NCBI GenBank assembly: GCA_015061915.1
Contig: SUVR01000001.1
Location: 7,976-71,975, forward strand
Length of the DNA: 64,000 nucleotides
Reading direction: 5' to 3'
From: Lentisphaerota bacterium
GTDB taxonomy: Bacteria; Verrucomicrobiota; Lentisphaeria; Victivallales; UBA1829
This document shows, piece after piece, positions 58,656 through 64,000 of this stretch. Numbering within the stretch: the stretch's first letter is position 1; every line of letters starts with the position of its first letter. The translations under genes and the position numbers were made by a program. The notes below the pieces were generated by a model. It searched no databases. It saw only the letters and a program-made list of their open reading frames with translations, and was not told the DNA's origin.

Positions 58656-59035
58656 TCCTCGGAATCGGTAACGACATCACGGAAGTGGCGCGGATTCAGC
58701 GCCTTTATGAAAAAAACGGTATTACATTCCTGTTTACCATCCTCTCACAGGATGAGATCGCGATGGTGGAAAAAAGAAATGGCAGGGGAAGGGCGGAATT
58801 TATTGCGGGTCGCTGGGCTGCAAAGGAAGCTCTTGCCAAAGCCCTCGGTACCGGGCTCGGCGGAAACTGCTCCCCTTCCGAGATCACGATCCGCAACAAT
58901 GACTCCGGGGCGCCGGAAGTGTATCCCGTCGGAAGAACGGCGGCGTTCCTGGCAGAAAAGGGCGTTGGAAAAATCTGGATCACCATCTCCCACGAAAAGG
59001 AATATGCTGTCGCCACGGTCCTGTTGGAAAATTGA
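58652..59035 (+). CDS. acpS: holo-ACP synthase (4'-phosphopantetheinyl transferase)
   Basis: MILGIGNDITEV start. 127 aa. Confidence 0.9.
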   Translation: MILGIGNDITEVARIQRLYEKNGITFLFTILSQDEIAMVEKRNGRGRAEFIAGRWAAKEALAKALGTGLGGNCSPSEITIRNNDSGAPEVYPVGRTAAFLAEKGVGKIWITISHEKEYAVATVLLEN

Positions 59036-59192
59036 AAAATGCGAAAAAAATGCAGAAAAACAGCAAAAAACGCATTTTTTTTCAAAAAAAAGTGACATCC
59101 GCACTTCCGTGATTTGAAATTTTGCAAAGTTGTGCTATATTGATTTTTCCGTAGATTGAAATCGAAACTTTTTAATAATCAGGAGTACTACA

Positions 59193-59369
59193 ATGGCAGT
59201 TCCAAAGAGAAAACAGTCCAAGATGAAAAAGCGTCAGCGTCAGGCTGCAAACGCTTATGAAGGCGTGCAGGCGAACTTCTGCAAGAATTGCGGCAAACCC
59301 GCAGCTCCCCACAGCGTCTGTGAACATTGCGGAACCTACAAAGGCAAGCAGATCATCACGGTCGATTGA
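59193..59369 (+). CDS. rpmF: 50S ribosomal protein L32
   Basis: Below the ORF-track size cut-off. Own translation: MAVPKRKQSKMKKRQRQAANAYEGVQANFCKNCGKPAAPHSVCEHCGTYKGKQIITVD, behind AGGAG. Confidence 0.92.
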   Translation: MAVPKRKQSKMKKRQRQAANAYEGVQANFCKNCGKPAAPHSVCEHCGTYKGKQIITVD

Positions 59370-59400
59370 CCTTTTCCGTGAGACGGAGGTCAGACCGGGT

Positions 59401-60453
59401 ATGAAAATCGCAGTTGATGCCATGGGCGGCGACTTTGCGCCGGCGGTAGTCATTGAGGCTGTCGCCACCGCACTGAAAGAGCTGCCCGATGTTGAGATCC
59501 TTCTCGTCGGCAATCTTCCCAAGATACAATATCATCTTGAGAAAGCGCGCCTGAAGGAATCTCCCCGTCTGTCTTTCGTTCACGCTGAGGAAGTTGTGGA
59601 GATGGGGGAACCCTCCACAAATGCTGTCCGCAGCAAAAAACATTCTTCCATTACCGTCTGTGCCGAGCTGGTCAAAGCCGGAAAAGCGGACGGCATCGTT
59701 TCTGCCGGGCACACCGGTGCAGCTGTCGCCGCCACAAAGGTGCGTCTGCGCATGGTGCCCGGGGTGGAACGCCCTGCATTGGCGGCACTTCTGCCGGCGA
59801 TCGGTGGTAAATTTATTCTGGTTGACGCCGGAGCAAATACGGATTGCGAGCCGTTGAATCTGGCGCAGTTCGCTGTGATGGGTGAGCTTTATTCCAAGTT
59901 CTTTCTGGGAATCGAAAATCCCCGGATCGGCTTGCTCTCCGTCGGCGGCGAAGATGTCAAAGGCAACGCTTTGACCAAAGAAACGTTCAAGATCCTTTCC
60001 AAAATGCCGATTAACTTCATCGGAAATGTGGAAGGGCATGACCTGTTCAATCTGGGCGCAGATGTGGTCGTGTGCGATGGCTTCAGCGGGAATGTTGTGC
60101 TGAAGTCGGTGGAAAGTATTTCCCACGCCATCGGCTACTGGCTGAAAGAAGCTCTGATGAAAAATGTGTTCCGCAAAGCCGGAGCGGTCCTGGCGCAGAA
60201 CGCTTTTAAAGAATTGAAAAATGTAAGTAATTATGAAGAGTATGGCGGCGCACCTCTGCTGGGGATCAATGGCGTTTGCATCATCGGTCATGGCGCATCC
60301 ACGGCGAAAGCGGTGGTCAGTGCGATCCGGGTGGCGGATGGTTTTGCCCGCAATGCGTTGCCGGAACTGATCTCAAAACGTGTTGCTGAATGTGGTATTG
60401 CAACCGCCGCTCACATTCACGAAACTGCAACCGAAACATCTGCTGAAAAATAA
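59401..60453 (+). CDS. plsX: phosphate acyltransferase PlsX
   Basis: MKIAVDAMGGDFAP start. The ORF-track start 59257 overlaps rpmF and is rejected. Confidence 0.92.
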   Translation: MKIAVDAMGGDFAPAVVIEAVATALKELPDVEILLVGNLPKIQYHLEKARLKESPRLSFVHAEEVVEMGEPSTNAVRSKKHSSITVCAELVKAGKADGIVSAGHTGAAVAATKVRLRMVPGVERPALAALLPAIGGKFILVDAGANTDCEPLNLAQFAVMGELYSKFFLGIENPRIGLLSVGGEDVKGNALTKETFKILSKMPINFIGNVEGHDLFNLGADVVVCDGFSGNVVLKSVESISHAIGYWLKEALMKNVFRKAGAVLAQNAFKELKNVSNYEEYGGAPLLGINGVCIIGHGASTAKAVVSAIRVADGFARNALPELISKRVAECGIATAAHIHETATETSAEK

Positions 60454-60480
60454 GTCAAAAAGATACAAACAGAGGTTATC

Positions 60481-61473
60481 ATGTCGATTCAAATCAAAGG
60501 TACTGGTTGTTTTGTGCCGGAAAAAGTGCTCTCAAATCAGGACCTGGAAAAGATCGTTGATACAACTGATGAATGGATCACCACCCGCACGGGCATCAAG
60601 AACCGCCACATCGCTCCCGAAGATATGCCCACGTCCGATATGGCTCTTGCCGCAGCAAAAAATGCTCTCGAAAATGCCGGAATCTCTGCCGATGATCTGG
60701 ATTTCATTATTGTCGCAACTTCTTCCGGTGACCATCCTTTCCCCTCCACGGCATGTGTGTTGCAGGGAAAACTGGGGATGAAGAAAAAATGCCAGTGTTT
60801 TGACATCTCCGCTGCCTGTTCCGGGCTGCTTTACTCGCTGGATACCGGGGCAAACCTGCTCCGCGGACATAAAAACTACCGTTACGGTCTGATGATCGGG
60901 GCGGAAAAACTTTCTTATCTGGCTGACTGGAAGGACCGCGCCACTTGCGTCCTCTTCGGTGATGCCGCCTCCGCTGTGATTCTGGAAAAAGTGGATGACG
61001 GCTCCGATGAAAGTTGTCTCCTTGCCACGGATCTCGGGGCTGATGGTTCCTGTGTGAGTCTGTTGCTCCATCCTGCCGGCGGTACGGCGATCCCTGTGAC
61101 GGCTGAAAATGTGGACACCCATGAAAATGCGCTGAATATGAATGGTCCGGAAGTCTTCAAGCACGCAGTTCCTGCTATGGTCAGTGCGGCTAAAACTGTT
61201 TTGGCAGACGCCAATATCCCTGCCGACCGCCTCCGCTGGGTCATTCCCCATCAGGCGAACAAGCGGATCATTGATGCCGTGGCTGCCCGTCTGGATGTGA
61301 CGGAAGATCATGTATATGTAAATATCCAGAACTACGGCAACACCTCTGCCGCTTCCATCGGGCTGTGCCTGGATGAGCTGAGCCGTTCCGGACAGTTGCA
61401 GAAAGGTGATCTGGTTCTTGCCACGACGTTCGGCGCCGGCCTTACCTGGGCAGCTGCTCTGATCCGCTGGTAA
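60481..61473 (+). CDS. fabH: 3-oxoacyl-ACP synthase III
   Basis: DISAACSGLLY active-site Cys, HQAN and GNTSAAS motifs. Confidence 0.92.
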   Translation: MSIQIKGTGCFVPEKVLSNQDLEKIVDTTDEWITTRTGIKNRHIAPEDMPTSDMALAAAKNALENAGISADDLDFIIVATSSGDHPFPSTACVLQGKLGMKKKCQCFDISAACSGLLYSLDTGANLLRGHKNYRYGLMIGAEKLSYLADWKDRATCVLFGDAASAVILEKVDDGSDESCLLATDLGADGSCVSLLLHPAGGTAIPVTAENVDTHENALNMNGPEVFKHAVPAMVSAAKTVLADANIPADRLRWVIPHQANKRIIDAVAARLDVTEDHVYVNIQNYGNTSAASIGLCLDELSRSGQLQKGDLVLATTFGAGLTWAAALIRW

Positions 61474-61535
61474 ATCATTTTTTGCGTTGAAATCTTTGCG
61501 TCACGGCTGAACCCGTGGCGCTTTTTTTATGCCTT

Positions 61536-61604
61536 TATCATACATTTATGCAATAAAATCTATCATATTTTTGTTTTTATCATAGTATTTATCAGTCTAT
61601 CATA
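61536..61604. repeat. four TATCATA heptamers in the upstream region of the 61719 gene
   Basis: TATCATA occurs at 61536, 61561, 61578 and 61598 (spacings 25, 17 and 20 nt) in an AT-rich intergenic region. Confidence 0.7.
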
Positions 61605-61718
61605 GTTTTTTGCAGTAAAAAACGGTAAAAATTCACAGCATTATCTTGATTTTCTTCTCCGGGGCAGTTATACTACTTCAGAATCGTAGGTCCCTAATCA
61701 TAACTTTGGAGAAAAAAT

Positions 61719-63593
61719 ATGTCCCTTTTCTCTCGCCTTGCTGTCGGAGCTGCCGTGCTTTGGTGCGGTGGCGTCCTGTTCGCTCAGGCACCCAACGAGC
61801 TGGAACAGAATCGGTTGTTCCGGCAGGCGGATGTCATTCTGAAAGATGCGCCGGATGCTTTGAAGGCCATTGCTGTTGACAAAAAGAACAGTGATCTCAA
61901 GCGTTACAATGCGTTGCGTGTGGCGCAGGATCTTGCCGGAAAGAAGTCGGATCTGGTGTATTATTCTGTTCCGGCGCTGTCCAATGTGCAGTATCTGCCG
62001 GACCAGTACCCGGTGGACGGCACGGCGCTCTGTCCGCTGGATATTGTGATGTGCCGCGGTGAGTTTGAGCCGGGTTCGCTGTTGCTCTATTCTGCAAAGG
62101 ATGTGGAGAAAGTCCAGCTGACCGTGACGGACCTCAAAAGCAAAGATGGCAAGGTTATCCCGAAAGCGGATGTGGACCTGAAAGTCATCAAGGTCTGGTA
62201 TCAGAACGGCAATGCGTGGTACAACTATTTCGGCGATTTCAGTCACAAACTGGTGCCGGAACTGCTCCTCAACGATGAAAATATGATCCTTGTGGACCGG
62301 GTCAAACAGGAAAACTATCTCCGGGTCAATTACGACTTCGGCACAAAATATTTCTGGTGTTCGGCGCCGGAGCAGATCGACCCCGGCTTCGCCCAGCACC
62401 GGGAACCGGTTTACGATGCCAAAACGCTCCAGCCGGTAAAGCTCATTGCCGGTGAGTTCAAGCAGTTCTTCGTGACGGTCAAGACCACAGAAAAGACCGC
62501 TCCCGGACTTTATGAAGGCACTATCAGCCTCGGCGGCAGGATGAATGTGCCGGTCCGTGTCCGCGTCCTCCCGGTCGTTCTGCCCGACCCCAAGACCTAT
62601 TACAACACGGATTACGATTTCTACACCATGCTTTACTGCGTGCCCGGATCCGGACAGTATTACGGCACCAACGGTAACGATCAAGCCCTTTCGGACAAAG
62701 TGGCGCTCGCCCGTTTCCAGAACCAGTCCGATCACAATGTGAAGTACCCGCTGTATCTCGGTCTGTGGAGAGGCTGGGAAGGCTATGAAAATGTCAAAAA
62801 CGGCATCGCTCTGGCGAAAAAAGCCGGTATGAAACTGGATCCCTTCTTTGAAGCGTTCGGTTGCCATGCCACCAGCTCGGTGGAAGCGTTCCTCCACCAG
62901 AAACGCAACGCCGGAATCGCAAAAAAGGCGTTCAAAGATCTGTTGGGACATACCAACCTCTGGCCTGCAGGCGGGGAGGAACCCGGCTACGGCAGAATCG
63001 TCGGTGCCCGCAGAAACTGGAAAATGGTCCATGACATGGATATGCACGTGATGTGCAACGGCGGCGACCGCCGGAACTTCTCCGGGTACAACGATGAATT
63101 CCGCGTGGGCGGCGGCTTTGCCCGGTTCAAGGAAGCCGATTTCATGCACCGCATCAAAGGACGCATCGGCAACTACGCCGGTCCTCACACCGGTCCCGAA
63201 AACCCGGACTATATGCGCCGTCAGCATGGTCTCGGTCTTTACAAGAAGGACTACGACATGATGTATAACTACGGCTACCACGAAGGCGGCTGGAACGACT
63301 TCCATACCAACACATACCGTAATATGAATCTGGTGCAGTATGTGCGGGACGGCATCATCGACACTCTCGCCTGGGAAGGGATCCGGGAAGGGATCGACGA
63401 CATCCGCTATGCCACCTGTATGCTGAAACTGGCAGAGGATGCGGTCGCCACCGGTAAGACGGATCAGGTTTATGCTGGCAAGAAAGCTATGCAGTTTCTT
63501 GCCTTGCTCAAGGAAGATGAAGCCTGTCTCTATGCCGCCCGCATGGAGATGATCTGCCATATCCTCACACTCTCCAAAATGCTCGGCAAGTGA
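61719..63593 (+). CDS. secreted protein of unknown function (possibly a glycan-active enzyme)
   Basis: Signal peptide MSLFSRLAVGAAVLWCGGVLFAQA. 624 aa. I cannot confidently name a motif. Confidence 0.45.
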   Translation: MSLFSRLAVGAAVLWCGGVLFAQAPNELEQNRLFRQADVILKDAPDALKAIAVDKKNSDLKRYNALRVAQDLAGKKSDLVYYSVPALSNVQYLPDQYPVDGTALCPLDIVMCRGEFEPGSLLLYSAKDVEKVQLTVTDLKSKDGKVIPKADVDLKVIKVWYQNGNAWYNYFGDFSHKLVPELLLNDENMILVDRVKQENYLRVNYDFGTKYFWCSAPEQIDPGFAQHREPVYDAKTLQPVKLIAGEFKQFFVTVKTTEKTAPGLYEGTISLGGRMNVPVRVRVLPVVLPDPKTYYNTDYDFYTMLYCVPGSGQYYGTNGNDQALSDKVALARFQNQSDHNVKYPLYLGLWRGWEGYENVKNGIALAKKAGMKLDPFFEAFGCHATSSVEAFLHQKRNAGIAKKAFKDLLGHTNLWPAGGEEPGYGRIVGARRNWKMVHDMDMHVMCNGGDRRNFSGYNDEFRVGGGFARFKEADFMHRIKGRIGNYAGPHTGPENPDYMRRQHGLGLYKKDYDMMYNYGYHEGGWNDFHTNTYRNMNLVQYVRDGIIDTLAWEGIREGIDDIRYATCMLKLAEDAVATGKTDQVYAGKKAMQFLALLKEDEACLYAARMEMICHILTLSKMLGK

Positions 63594-63616
63594 CCGGAGA
63601 AAGGAAAGATAACACT

Positions 63617-64000
63617 ATGAAAACAAAACAGTTTTTGAAATATACTGCCATCGCTTTTGCCGGTTCGGTCCTGCTCAGTGCGTGCAGCAGCAATGTCGCG
63701 GAAATAGTCGCTCCGGCTGACAAAAAGGAAACGGCGAAACCTGTTGCCGCCAAGCCCCTGACGGAAAAGGAAAAACGGGCGCTTGCAGACAAAGAGGCTG
63801 ACGCCCTGACCAAACAGTTTGAAGCTGCCGTCAAGGAAAAAGAAATGGCAAAGATCAAGCCGTTACGTGATCAGATCTTTGCTCTGGATTGCAACTTCAA
63901 CAAGAAACTTCATATCGCCCAGCGCTACGCATGGACGCTGTTTCACGCAAAGGACAAAGCCGGTGCCCGTGCAGCGTGGGAAGATTACGCCGCATTGGAT
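63617..64000 (+). CDS. lipoprotein of unknown function, N-terminal part (runs off the right edge)
   Basis: Own translation from ATG 63617: MKTKQFLKYTAIAFAGSVLLSACSSN... (lipobox LLSAC). No stop before the window end. Confidence 0.5.
   Translation, partial: MKTKQFLKYTAIAFAGSVLLSACSSNVAEIVAPADKKETAKPVAAKPLTEKEKRALADKEADALTKQFEAAVKEKEMAKIKPLRDQIFALDCNFNKKLHIAQRYAWTLFHAKDKAGARAAWEDYAALD

Noticed and set aside
61698-63560. A 620-aa minus-strand ORF.
   Set aside because: It is antisense to the 624-aa secreted protein, which has a proper signal peptide, RBS spacing and plausible composition. The minus-strand product is H/V/G/F/R-rich shadow sequence.

Overview
This is a 64-kb chromosomal window from a moderately GC-rich bacterium. 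It is probably a PVC-group organism (Lentisphaerota/Victivallales-like). That guess rests only on two H-X9-DG prepilin-type proteins and the general gene content. Most of the window is ordinary housekeeping: dnaA with a probable oriC, accD, ackA, folD, hisHA, aroB, dprA, tgt, glnS, rpmF-plsX-fabH, acpS, radC, rph and nth. It also holds an SRP RNA hidden under an over-extended ORF, one tRNA-Cys, and glycan-utilisation genes (three unrelated alpha-galactosidase families, a BNR sialidase-like protein, two AraC regulators). Three regions are not ordinary. (1) 41.7-45.0 kb is an AT-richer islet. A 603-aa large serine recombinase sits between two paralogous H-X9-DG prepilin-type genes. One paralog is split into a promoter plus 20-codon leader on the minus strand and a leaderless body on the plus strand. 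The two break points carry hybrid att-like sites. Exchange at a GT dinucleotide would invert about 1.1 kb, rebuild an in-frame gene, and leave a 56-bp near-perfect dyad (attP-like) next to the recombinase gene. I read this as a recombinase-driven ON/OFF or variant switch and consider it the best candidate for an undescribed system here. (2) 1-10.4 kb is an 11-gene minus-strand aryl-polyene-like type II lipid/polyketide cluster. It contains an unusual radical-SAM/SPASM::hotdog-dehydratase fusion and a CrtI-like oxidoreductase. (3) 51.2-51.7 kb is a 340-bp GIY-YIG nuclease cassette inserted at the 3' end of tRNA-Cys and bounded by a 25-bp direct duplication of the tRNA end. Smaller observations are a 139-nt nested perfect palindrome after ackA, a stack of stem-loops at a convergent junction, and TATCATA repeats upstream of a secreted-protein gene. 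I saw no CRISPR array, rRNA, transposase or recognisable defence system. Many long ORFs in the track are antisense shadow ORFs of real genes and were rejected.
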